Below are positions 49,313 to 61,570 of a stretch of DNA of 64,000 nucleotides, one piece after another. Each line of letters opens with the position of its first letter. Position 1 is the stretch's first letter. The translations under genes and the position numbers were made by a program. The DNA is from Raillietiella orientalis (lineage: Eukaryota), in assembly GCA_036172245.1 (NCBI GenBank), contig JAYWIR010000003.1:62001-126000 (forward strand), in the 5' to 3' direction. Below the pieces are notes generated by a model. That model made no database searches. It had not been told where the DNA came from and was given only the letters and a program-made list of their open reading frames with translations.

Positions 49313-52300
49313 GGTTTTTCATTGGTTTAAAATGTCTTCTAGAAATTTCAAAACAGAAACAAAATGCCATATTAGATCAAATATAACTTGTCCAGTAGAT
49401 ATCCACTAGACAGTGATGCACTTAAGCTGAGATTATATATGCATGTAAACAGAATTGGAAGAGATATCTCAGGTTAGCTTTTGACACTGGCTTATCATAA
49501 AAGTGGTAATCTTTTGTGGTGTCATGAGTTGTGATGTAGTTTACAGGTTTTTCACAGTGCTCTTATAGTTGATGTGCTGCTGCTTGTGATAACCTTAATG
49601 TGTTTCATTAAAGCAGATAAAGCATGGATGGATTGTCTAATGAGGCCTCAACTTGACATACTGAAATAAATATTCCTAATGACAGTTGTTTTATGAATTT
49701 CTGAAGACTGTATTACGTATTAAATTATTACAAAGGTAGCATTTGATTTGATATTTGAATGTAATTTGAAATGAAATATGTAAACATGGAACACCATTTT
49801 CGATATTTATTTCCTATCAGTAGAACTCTAAATGTTTCTGAAAAACATCTATGAGAAACTGTCAGTTTAAAATCAGACTGGTGCCAACAAACTGAAATTT
49901 CGGGGGAAATATTAGTTAATAATTCATTATTAATTGAAACCAATTATTCAATCTTTACATCAGATCTCGTGAAAAGAAATTAAGCACATGTAATTGAAAA
50001 GTAAAAAAATACAGGGAGAGAAAGAAAGGCACATGAATAAGAAGTTCTGAAATACAAGCGAACTACTGAAGAAATTACGCATAGGCACTCAAAATTTGCA
50101 AGTTCTACTCTTATGGGAATGTGATAATGAGATGCAGCCATAGCACACACGCATCGATTTCTGAATTTCTAACTTCACTGCAAGAACTATGTTGATAAAG
50201 CTTCATTATTAGGCAAGCCTTTTAGATGTCCACGCCTTCCCCTATTTATTTGTATTATCAGAAGTTACAGGATATGAAAATTCATTTGCAATGAAGTTGT
50301 AGTTTCAGAGAAGGAAAAAAGAACAGAGTCATTTCGAGGATAGAAAAAAGAAACACAAATCTTTCGTTGTTATTTGTGTTCATATATGAATTTTGCAGTT
50401 TCAGTGCTGGTGTGCCAAAGCCCCCCTGTTATCTAACTGTGAACTTTCACTTTTTATGTTTCATTTATAAGTTTTAACTATTAGTTCAGCTCATCACATA
50501 AATGTTATAAGGAAGCAAATATGTTTTATGTATATTCATAGCATTATGTCAAGTACAAAATCAAAAATTCCTCTAATTATATGAGCTTGAATTAAAAGTT
50601 TTTTCAAATCAGGAGCATCACAGAAAATGTCTTAATCACCACATGATATTGGAATTCAAGGGTTTCCTGGAAAACATGCGTAGTTTTGATTTTGCTATAG
50701 GAGCAGAATTAAAACTAAAGGCAGTTAAAGGCGAGTTACAGTAATAATCGATTATACTTTAGTTTCCAGTTTGAAGAATATTTACCAATTTTGCAGCTAA
50801 TTTCTTTTTCTGTTTTTAAAGAATGTGAAATTGCACCATTAATTCGAATGATTTGTGTTCTGTTACTTCCTGCAATTCTTTCGCAGATTTTGATCAAAAT
50901 CATGTTGGAATTGATTTTCGTATCGTTTGTATCGTATTGTAATGTGATACTTTGTTTTTAGTCAGAATGTGCCATTTTGATCAACTGTGGAGCTACTGTT
51001 GATTTAATAGAGCTTTTACAGCCACCAGAAGATTTGATCTTTTATGTAGTGGACTCCCACCGTCCCTTGGATGTTTATAATGTTTATAATAGTAAACAAG
51101 TATGTTTTCTGATGAAACCTACTGAAGAAGATGGCATTCCACATTATGAAGACATCTTCTTTGATGAGGTATGTTATGCATTGTGCTCGTAAAAAGCATT
51201 GTTCATTGCTCAGGACACGCAATCTGACGGAAATGCTGATGATGCTGACATTGTTGATGGAAGCAGCAGTAGGGCGCAATTAAAGAAGGAGGAAAATCGA
51301 GAGAAAGTTCTGTTTGAATATAAGCAGTTCAGTTTCTATGGGCTTTCAGTAAGGTCAGTTAGTTGTATGCTAGATTCATTATTATTCTCAGAGTGCTGTG
51401 CTGCTCTTTGATTTGGCATGGATGCTAAGTAAGGATAGTAATCACCTTCTTTGGAGCGCCATTGTAGGTCTCACAGAGCAATTCATGTTTGGAAAGATGG
51501 ATAAAGCATTGTTTATTAATGAATGTATCAAACTGCAAGGCCACATGTCTCGTCTGAGTCACCTAATGCACAGCACTACTCCTGATTGCATGCACATCAC
51601 GTATAGAACAGAGTAAAATCCTTAGATAAATATAAAAAATAAGTTAATTTGAATTTTTTAGATTGCAACTTCCTTTGTATCGTCATTGGAGCCTCATTGA
51701 GAGCATCAAACATGCTGAAGTTATGGCCTGTAAATTTCATTTGTGGACAGTAAAGGGACAAAAAAAACTATCAGAGTTTTTGGCAGAGGCTGGGTAAGAA
51801 GGACTAGTTATTGCAGTTTTCTAAGAGTGTTGATGCAGCTTACCATTAGCCCAATGCCATCAAAAGTATTTTGCAATGGATGTGCAATTGCGCTCTGAGT
51901 TGCTTAGCTTAATGACTAGTAAGGCAGAGAAATATAACTTGGATGGGCTATTGTGGGGATGCTTTCTACTCCAGTATGGCTACAGACACAAATTTCTGGC
52001 CTCAGATGTGGTGCTGGCGTGTAATGCAATGTTGCAGAATATAGTATGTGCCAATTCTGACTCACCAGCCTTTGCATGTTATGCATTTTAGGAATGTAAA
52101 TCTCTGAGTGATAGGTTTCAGGAAGCATGCGAGTGCCTGTCAAGGTAAGTCCATAATGAATATTATGTTTTTATAGCTTCACTAGATCTTATTGTCAGTT
52201 GTATCGAGGCATCGAAAAAGCCAGGTTACAACTCTGTGCTATTTATCGAGAGGTGCACACACTTCTCAACACACATCAAGTAATTTCTGCTGGACCCTGT

Positions 52301-52792
52301 CTCTATGCTATTATACAAGAGGTATCAGCTATCAGAGCAGATTCAGTTTTAACTTTCTACAGAGTAATCCTGATACCATGCACTTTGGTTCACCACAAAC
52401 ATTGATAAATTTAGCCAGAGTGTTGTTACATGCGTATGTTAGCTCTGCAAAAAATAGGAAATGCCGGAACCTGCCTTTGATTCTTAGTGCATCTGTATGG
52501 GGTAATCCTGGAGATGCATTGCTTGTTGGTCTTCCACCTCTTGCTGAGAACTCTTTCAAAAAGTATGTGTTTTGTATCATTAAAAGTCTCCTGCTAATGG
52601 TAAGGTAGTCTTTTAGGAAAAGCTTTTGAACAGGCAGCTCTCAGTTGTGATGTACAAATGAGTTACCAATTCTTTGATACCTCAGGTAGAGTTATGCATT
52701 GCACGTTGTTATAACGTATGTATTCAGTGATACAGATAAAGATGGATGAGCGAACAAAATTCGTGGATTCCTTAATAAGCTTACTGAGTTAA
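47619..52792 (+). CDS. CDC45: Cell division control protein 45 (CMG helicase subunit), about 544 aa
   Basis: Exons 47619-47669, 47940-48092, 50962-51168, 51214-51348, 51392-51612, 51662-51793, 51839-52043, 52092-52144, 52186-52321, 52363-52562, 52609-52685, 52728-52792 (1635 nt, in frame). Motifs 'DVDGICACTILQHL', 'YTLVPV', 'LINCGATVDL', 'VVDSHRPLDVYNVY', 'LWSAIVGLTEQ', 'LYRHWSL', 'GKAFEQAA'. ATTAAA follows at about 52807. Confidence 0.95.
49274..49309. repeat. (GT)n microsatellite in CDC45 intron 2
   Basis: Read directly from the sequence. Confidence 0.95.
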
Positions 52793-54651
52793 CATTGTCG
52801 GCCTTTATTAAAGTACCTTTTAATTGCCAACAATGGAAACGTCAGAGCCATTTGAACTAATGAAGATGTGGATTTTTTTTTCCCAATCTGCTGAAGAATA
52901 TGCATCAGTGAAAATTGCCCTGCACCAAATGTTGAAAGTTAACTCCGAGATCAGTTTTCGGGGCGCATAAACTTGTAGGAGAATTTAAAAAAAATTCAAA
53001 ACTAAGTTGGCCCAGTGAAATTTTTCAACTTTTTTTTTTTTGACCGACCTTTCGAGAGTGCCTTTGATATTTAAAGATGTGTGAAATGATATATGGAATG
53101 AAATATGAAATAATTCCACATTGAGAACCAATATCTGTGCTTCATTAGAAATTATTTGTTTGCCACATCAGATCCACTGCTTGTAATAATCGTAAAGTAT
53201 GTTGTGCTCTAACACATTTCAAACAATTTCACGTTTTAAAACTTTTTTGGTATTTGCATGTGATAGTACATTGTGTACTTTGCTTACAGTGGATGCCTTT
53301 TAATCCATGCTCGGAGTTACTAATCGAGGTTTTTGGACGAGATGAAGCCTTTCCAAATCGCTTCTGTTAATGCTTCAAAAGAACATGGAAGCCTTTGGCT
53401 GTGTGGCTCGTCTTTTCCGTTGATTCTTGGTGGCGATCCCGTGCGTGCTGTGCCACAATCTGACAACTCACGTGTGTTGGTGGTCAACGTCTGCAGTGGT
53501 GAAGAGTTGATTTTCGGCCGAAGGTTCTCGTAGTCGGTGCAGCTCGTACGTACCTTTTACGGAAAACAAATTCGCCGTAATGGGGTCGTCAGGTTTGAAA
53601 GTGGCAGGTCATCACTTCAACGGCCATTTCAGCTCCGTTCCTCGATTTGGCGGACCTTCCTTTCCTAAGGTAATTACAAATCAGTCGGATCTACAAACGG
53701 ACTTTGCTTTCTCGGGCTACGAAAGTTCCAGTTAATTTGCATTTTGCCTTCGGTGTTTTCGGAATTCGACTTCAGCTTCACTAAGAATATTAAGTTACAT
53801 TCTAACGCGAGCTGCTTTGGGTTTCGAACCACTAGGGCTGGACAGCTAATTCTTTACCGGCTGCGAAAGTTTTTTTTTTTTTTCTTTCCTTGTTAAAATG
53901 AATTTCAGTGTTCGAAAAGGGTTTTGGGGCAGCGGGAACCCACGGCCAGATCGCAGTGGGCACCAAAAAAGGCTCGAGGGTGTGAATTGCGTGATCTGTT
54001 TCATGCAGAGGTGCTGTCCGAGCTGCAATGCAGTTCAGTAATCAAAACTCATCGTGAGCAACTTCCGCCCACTGAGGGACACGCTATCACAACGGATGTT
54101 AGTGCGGGGAGAAGCATAAAGATCTGTGTATAAGCGCGAGTAAATTTGCTTACTTGTTTGGCAAGCCTGTTCTAACTCGAAGTCGAAAAAGTTCCATCCT
54201 AGATATTGGTCCAAACGCTCAACGAGACCTCGAAATTTCAAGAAGATTTAAAAAAAAATAAAATGTTGCAGCGGATGCCAGGTCATTTACAAAAGCCTGG
54301 CAAAAGATGGGTTGCTGAAGAATTCATCCGGAAACACAGACATTCACGGTGCAGGCGAAGAAACTGAATTATGGTACGGATTCCGACACCGAATGGAACT
54401 CTTTTCGGTTTCCTCAAATATCATCATTATGTTTTTTTTTCTTTGTTGCTGTTGTTAACCCATACGGAATAAATATTTTCATAACTTACACCAGTTTTTT
54501 CTTATCAGTATTTCATTTATTTTGATTTTTATTTTTTTTCGTACCAGCAGACCCGATTTACGCGATTTTCATCCGCGTAAAAAAAAAGAAAAAAAAATCG
54601 ACGTGGAACGGACGATCCGCGTAAATGGAGGGATGGGAGTATACATAAATA

Positions 54652-56349
54652 CAGGTGACCTCGTATAACGCGGCACCTATACAACGCGGTGTACAAATTC
54701 CAACATTCAAAGCGTATTGTATTCGTCGAACATTCGAATTAATTTTTGAAAAACACACACAAAAAAAATGGAATCCAATCAAAAAATGACACTTCTGGAA
54801 GTGTGGAAAGAGTTTTCAATAGTCAACTGTGCAAAAATTATTTCTCCATGTGTAAAGGAGCCAAAACCCTATGCACCGAAAAGGTTGCTGGGGGGGGAGG
54901 AAGTGGACTGGTGTCTTCAATCAAAATTTCGTGCCTCCTGTGGATGATGAACCGAATCGTACGACAAACCCGGCACACATTTGTGGTGGTTTCCCGATGT
55001 GGTTGAAAACGAAATCCGTGAACTAATTGACGAAGAAGCAGGTTAGAACGAGGACGGATTGGTTCAACCAATAGAAGACGGCAAACCCCCGTCGGAGGCC
55101 ATGTGGTTGATGGAAATGCTTCTTTTCTTTTCCATCTTCGCAGTTCTTCGACACGGCTCCACGCCACCCGAGGGTGGGTAATTCTTCAAGATAGGGGGTA
55201 CCCCGGGAGGGGTCCTCCCTATGAATCCAGGAAGGACTCGGAGTGGTTTTTCTCACGCCTGGGGAGGAATCCCCGGAAATGGAGATCACCTCCACCCTGG
55301 TTGTCTCCGAAGGGGAACCCCGAAGGGAATCTCCTTTTACCTATTCTTTCCGGAGGGACCCCTCCGGTCCGCTCCATTTTGTTCTTCTCCGAAGAGAACC
55401 CGGAAAGGATCTGCTCCTGGAACTTCTCCGGAGGGGTGCCCGCAAGGGACTCGCTCCTGTTTTTACTCCTCTGAAGAGAACCCAGAAGGACGCTTCCGAA
55501 ATACAGAAGGACACTGCTTTCCCCGAAGGGATCGGCTCGCTTCTCTGCACTCTCTGGAGAGGTGGTGAAGACACACCTACTCCATCAGTACGACGCGGAA
55601 GGTTCCCCGGAATGAGGGGTCCACTCCTTCACAACCGGGGGAAGGCTCCCACTCCGGAGAGGAAACGGTGAGGAAAAGTTCCACTGAAGATTCTGGTTGT
55701 GCTGAAGTCCGCTAAAGGGTTCAGTTTAAAGAAACCAGCAGAAGGACTGAATTTGGCACAAAAGCTGGAAGGTTCTTTTCCCGTTGATGGTGAATGATCC
55801 CTCAACAGGGAGCTCGGGAAAATCCAAAAGACAAGCGGATGATGGTTTGACTCCACATCACGAGCTGGATAGAAAAATTGCAGCATCGTGGTAAGCGAGG
55901 AGGTCCTGCCACTGAGTTTTCGATAAGAAGACCGGCTGAATCGTCCAGCGAGAATTGTAAAAGTGGTGCCGAAGAGATTTCAGGTGATGACGTCATCCGG
56001 CGACCCGTAAATAAAGAGAAATCCACAAAATATTTGTTTCAGAAGACAGTGATGATGATTAAAAAATTCATTTCTTTAATTTTGCGATGTATGCATTATG
56101 TACAATGAAATTTATATACAATTCCTAATTTTTATAATCTCATGCTATGTATTTGTTAATTACATAGTTCATGTTCTTTTAATTATATGAATTCTTGAAC
56201 GAATAATATATATATTTTTTAATGTCATTGCTGCTTTTATAATTTAAGAAAAAACCCACGGAACATGACTCTACATTCCGTACGAAACCTGAACTTCATA
56301 TAACGCGATTTCTATAACGCGTGACATTTCTGGAACCTGACCTCCGCGT
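54652..56349 (+). mobile_element. Tigger/pogo-family DNA transposon remnant (internally deleted)
   Basis: TA|CAGGTGACCTCGTATAACGCGG left end. TATAACGCG subterminal motifs recur at about 56300-56320, with a partial right TIR CCGCGT at 56344-56349. Degenerate transposase C-terminal peptides: 'TLLEVWKEFSIVNCAKII', 'GFPDVVENEIRELID', 'FSLKKPAEGL...NDPS'. Confidence 0.65.
55085..55665 (-). mobile_element. Same SINE family, 5'-truncated copy inserted in the Tigger remnant
   Basis: The reverse complement matches 3255-3750 and 13740-14030. It interrupts the Tigger transposase remnant. Confidence 0.7.
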
Positions 56350-57500
56350 GGGCCTAGCTGAAGGAGGCGACAGGTCTGGAGGGGATGGACAAGATGGCGA
56401 TCCTGGCAGGGATGTTTGAAGGGAACGGCAAGGTTCCTGGATACAACCTAATGGTCCATATCACCATCGCCCTCTTTATCACGAGCATCGTGGTGAGAAG
56501 GGCAAAAATGCGGACCGCGATAAATAGTACGCCTGCTGTGGAAATCCTGAAAGGTTTAGTGAAAAAGGAAATCGAGATTAGAAGCTGTGGACGTATTCCC
56601 ACTTAAACGTACTGTTACATCTTGCGAAGGATTCAGGAGCATTATCAAGTGAGTGAATCCCCCACACAAACTCTGACTGGATGCCCGAAGACCAACCCCG
56701 AAAGTGAGAAAAAGTGAAAACCAGTGGCACTGACCAACGCATGTTTGTATGAATGAAAGTAGAAATAAATTCGCCCCACCGCAAGTTGGACTGTGAAAAA
56801 CCTGACCTCCGCATTCTACAAGCTTTAACTGTGTTTATCGAAAGAGACGTGCAGAATGGTGTCTTAATAAGTGAGGGTAGGGGTAGTGGAGGAGTGGCAT
56901 CGGAGGGAATAGGGTGAAACATTTCGCGAAGGTTAACCTGAAGTGCTTTTCAAGTACACGTCCTTATGTATGCCGCCGTCAAGGAGGGTCCGATCGGCGC
57001 TGTGATAGACAGCTGCAGTGTTTGAGTGTCCGACTGTGCACGAGAGCAGGGGATGGGTACTACGCAAGATTTTTCCCTTCGCGCTCCCAAGCTCCTCACT
57101 CGCGCGTCTTTCGACACCACTCAGCACCGTGGTGCGTTGGCGCAAACAAGGCCGGGAGGACGGCGGCAGAACGCCGAGGGCAGCTGCTCGCTTGCAGCCA
57201 GTCGATTCCGGGCTCCCGACAAGATCCACCGTGCAAGGCGACAAGAGGTCATCGTGCTCGACGCAGCCTGCCCGCTTGGGAGCTGTAATCCAGAGGACCC
57301 GGGAGACTCTGGGAAGAGGAAAAGGGGTCAGCAATGGGGTTTGGCTCCCTGTTTCGTCCTGGGGGTAGTCTCCGCCTCAGCACGAGCAATCTCCGTGGGT
57401 TCCTCTGGAGCTAAAGACAACGCACCAAAGGGAATGGACGTCACACGGGGAACTGGAGGAGGGAGGTGGTGGCATCCGCTGCTGCTCCCAGAAAATGTAT
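56350..57500 (+). mobile_element. Degenerate R2-like (RLE) non-LTR retrotransposon, 3' half
   Basis: Frameshifted motifs in the expected order: 'LLHLAKDSGALS' (H...GGLG-like), Cys cluster plus 'CPTVHESR' (CPxTHGxR-like), 'APDKIH...VIVLDAACP' (RLE PD..D), 'VSSWG'. Confidence 0.5.
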
Positions 57501-59049
57501 CGGAACTGTCGGATGACCACCTCATGTGAGTGACCCGTTAAGGAACTGAAGTGAGGGAAATAAGACGAGCGTGGAGATTGCGGAAAATTCCAATAGTCAC
57601 GCTACCACCTCCGGCACTGTTTCGAAAAAGAAACCTTCTTCACGTCGGCCGTTGACCATTACTGCTCCCCCTTGAAGAAGACAGCGTTGAGGTCAAGCAG
57701 TGACGAATGCACAGGTTCATTCCTTTCTCTTCTTGCATCATCTCTGGAAGGCAGTTTCCCGGATAAAAGAGGAGCAGGAAAGGAGGAGGGAGAAAGGAAG
57801 AGAAAGGAGGGAAGGAGGAAGAGGAGAAGAAGGAGGAGAGAGGAAGGAAGGAGGAGGAGGAATGGGAAGCAGGCGTTCTTTTGGAGGCGACTTGGGATGG
57901 CGATGGACGTCTCCCCGTCAGGGATCAGAAGGGATGGAGACGCCGGAAGGCATGATGGTGGATGTGCAGTGGGAGCTCCCTGATCCTCGGTTCGAGAGAC
58001 CTGCCACTCAGGGCAGCTTGAGGCTAGGAGACGGAGAAGACAACGGTTAGTCTGAGAGAGGATGTGGCCCTCAGGCCCTGCTGCGAGCGCACACGTACCC
58101 CTGACTCGGCAGCAGTCCGAAGTCGAGTGTCCTGATGTCCTACCCTCCGAAGGACAGGATGAACGACTCTGGTGCAACGGCGCGCGTTTCCCGCTGCTTT
58201 CCCATGGCCGACAACAAACTCAGCCCTTCTTCCTCGGAAAAGAAATCCGATAGCGCCGGTACGTATGACGGCAGGAATGACGTCACAGGAACCCGAAGAA
58301 CGCCGTAGGCGTAGGTCACGCGCGAGGAGCAGGAGAAGCCTCGACTCATTTCTGGTAAGCCCTCCCCACCCTCTCTTGTTTGGACAAACGCAGGTCAAAT
58401 AGGATTGGCGGGAACGCCTCCGCCGAGCAGAGTCACCCTGCTGACCATGGCGTGCCTGGAGCCGCGCCGCAGGGACGCGGGAAACCGGGAGATCGCAACA
58501 CAGGCGTAGGAGGAGGGGATGGAAAAAAGTATCCCCGTTGGTCGGCGTAGTCAGCGACGGGGCACGGCAATGGTCCTCCGGCCATATTCCCAGCCCCCCA
58601 GGCCACCGGTCCGGAATCTGCCGCTCGTCCCAGTCTGTCCAGCTGGATCCGGCCTGCGGTCCTAGAGAGGTCAACCGGGAGTCTCTGGAAGCGGGCGCCG
58701 GTGAGAGAGGGATGCTCCCTCAGGTCTCTCGCCTCTAGCCGCTCCCGAGACATCCAGAAACTGGGCCGTTGTCTAAGGGTGTCCTCTGCTCCCGAGAGGC
58801 GGTGCGACCTGAGTGATGCGAGGCCGCTGGGCACGAGCAGCGTCCCCAGTGGCGCGCTGGGAAGGGAGTAAGGCGGGACGAAACCAGCTTTCCCTGCGTT
58901 CTGGGAGCGACGGAGGGGGGGAGGACGCTGTTTTTTTTTCTTCGTCTTGTCCACTGGCTACTCCCGCGAGACGGTTCCGGGAAGGCCTCGCTTTTTCCTG
59001 GGAGGCTCCCCTTTGCCCTCGAGACCCCCAAGAAATCGCTGCCCGGGTG

Positions 59050-61570
59050 GAATGAGAGAAAATGCGCGTCATTGTGCGGAGGTGCTGCGCCCCCAGCTGA
59101 AGGGGGGAGGCAAGGAAGAGGAAGAGAAAAGGAGTGGGGAGGTCACGAAGACCCGCTTCCTCGGATCACCCCGTCAGGGTGGGAGATCGTGTCCCCCTGC
59201 CTGGAAGAGCGCTGGACCTTTCCTTCCAGCGGAAAGAGCCGCCGTCGTCGAGGCAACCCTCTTCGTAATTCGATCTCCCGCTCCCTCGCTGCCTCCGAAG
59301 CTCCCAGGGTGCCCGCACGCTCTTCCTTGTTTCGTGGGGAAGGGATCGAGGAAGGGAGGGAAGGACCTTCTCGCTGAGGCGCGCGCTGATATCCCGCTGC
59401 TCCCCGGCGGCGTCGGGCGGAAAAGGGGAGGCGGACGGGAGGCCCTGCATCCCCGCGGGCGCAGCCCGCCTGGCGGTGCCCCTCGATTCCCTTCCTTCCT
59501 TTCCAAGGGCCGCGTCGTTCCCGGCGACTGGTTCGTCGCAGCTCCTTCCCGCGAGGACGGGGGGGGGAGCAGCGCGTCCGCTGGGTCTCCTCGGGCACCC
59601 CGGATGCGATCTGCATCACGCCGGGAGCTCTGGTGCCCTCGCTCACTCCATGATCCCCTCCTCCCCTGTCGTCCTGCTTTCTCAAGAGGATGGCCTCCGG
59701 GGGTCCCCGCAGGAGCTTCGGCCCCCCAGGGCCCTTTCGGGCAGCTGGAGGAGGATGACCTCTCGGGATTTTCCGGGTACCGTTGAGGGCGCATTCGGCA
59801 GCGCATTCGGCAGATAACATGCTGGTTCCCAACCGCCGACTGCAGGAAACACAGAGGAGGGTCCACCGGCACGCATGCCAGGACAACAGAGAGTCCGGAA
59901 CGGGAGAGAGACAAGGGAATAACACAAAAACAAAACAAAACAAAACAAAAAAACAAAACAAAATGGGTGGGAAAAACAGGAATCTTTGGCACCGTTCCTC
60001 GTGCACCGGAATCAAAACGAAAAGCACCAAGAGAGTTACGGTGCGAAATGGGAGTAAGGAATATGAGAAAAGAAAAAATAAATCAATAAGGGGAGGAGGA
60101 CGACGAGGATCACCGAGTCCGTCGTTCCAAACCGTCCATCAACCGGCGTTGGATGCCGGTGATCTCCTTGGCTTCCTCTTCCTCCAGGTGAGGCCACCTC
60201 GCAGCCGTCCTGATGTAGGTGGCTGCCATCCTGGTGACGTCCCATCGCTGCGTGTGGTCTCGAGCACCAGTCGGGCCGTGACGAAGCTACGGATGCAACC
60301 CACGGTTGAGATCACAGCACCGCTCCCCCCGATGTGGTAAAACAGATGGAGGACGTCCTTCGAAAAGCCCTCTGGGGCATTGGGAGGTCTCGAGTCCGAT
60401 TAAAAGACTTGTGTGCTCCTGGTCGCTACGGAGGACTTGGACTCCTGATGTTGGAGCGCATGGAAGTTCAGTTGAACTTTCGAAGACTGGCTGGCCTTCG
60501 TGGCACAGAACTGGGCCACCCATTGGTGAGCCCTGCACGTTTGCTCTCCCGGATGGCTGTTGGTGGCGAAGGACTCGCAACCCTGTTTGCGCGCCACCAC
60601 CGCCGGCTCCCATATTGAGGTTTTCCCCACCGGTTCGTCACTGCTCTGGTGAGAGCGAACACGAGGATTTGCTACCACCCTGCAAATACTCTGGCCTGGA
60701 GGCAGGAGGAAATGAGGACGTGCGCCCAGCTCACTCGGGCCCCGCCGGAATTTACCCGCTGCCGAGAATTTCAGAACAGCGGAAAAACACTGGAGGCGGT
60801 GGGAAGTGAGCTGACCATGTTGGCCTACCCACCAGCCACTCCTTTTGCTGCAGCGGTGTCCTCCGCTATCGAGATACATGGCACCTGCCTACCGGCGAAA
60901 TGGGAGATTTCCTGCGAGATCTCGGTCCTCAGGAAGCCTATCGGTGGCTGGACATTGCGTGAGCTGTCTGACGCGGCAACAACAAGAACCGCCTCCAAAG
61001 GACTGGAACGTTGGAGCGAACTCTTCTCCATTCGGCCCGAAGAGTTGGAGGTGCCCCTCGTGTTTATAGATAGAAAGTTGCTTCCCCTCAAGTGGCAGCA
61101 ATCGGCGCTGCTGACACTGCACTGCGGTCTCCCGTGCATTGCAAGGGAGACCACCACTGGACGAGCGGAAGCGCATCGCCGAAGTGTGTGCCAGCTGTGG
61201 AGAGGAGACATTTCCCCACCACATAGTGCAGTGTGTCGCCCTCCAGAACTTGTGAGAACGTTTCTCTGCGTCGCTTTCCTACCCCGTGGGCGATCCCAGA
61301 GACTCTTTGAGGCTCCTCTTCGTGAGGGACGGCATAACGACCGCACCCGCAATCGCAGCGCTGTGCTGCGTGCGCGATGGCGTCGCGGCGAAGTGCGACG
61401 CCGAGAGAGGCCGGGGAGACGGGGTGGCTGCCCTGCACGCCATCCGCTTCCTGCAGATAGCTTTGAGGTGGTCCCTCCTGGAAAGGGAGAAGGAGGATCT
61501 CGCCGGCATCCTTCAACGGATGCAGAGGTCTCATCCACCACGAAATGTGATCCCTTTCCTTCCCCTCAAC
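59050..61570 (+). mobile_element. Degenerate L1/Tx1-like LINE ORF2
   Basis: 'ALWGIGRSRVRLKDLCAPGRYGGLGL' (ORF 60334-60618) and CCHC knuckle 'CASCGEETFPHHIVQC' at about 61186-61235. Weaker RT traces at 59.2-59.8 kb. Interrupted by A-rich low-complexity DNA at about 59.9-60.1 kb. Confidence 0.65.

Noticed and set aside
58000..58800. Additional minus-strand RT fragment ('NGDTFFHPLLL', 'RGWGGL')
   Set aside because: The motifs are too degenerate and too closely spaced to call with confidence.
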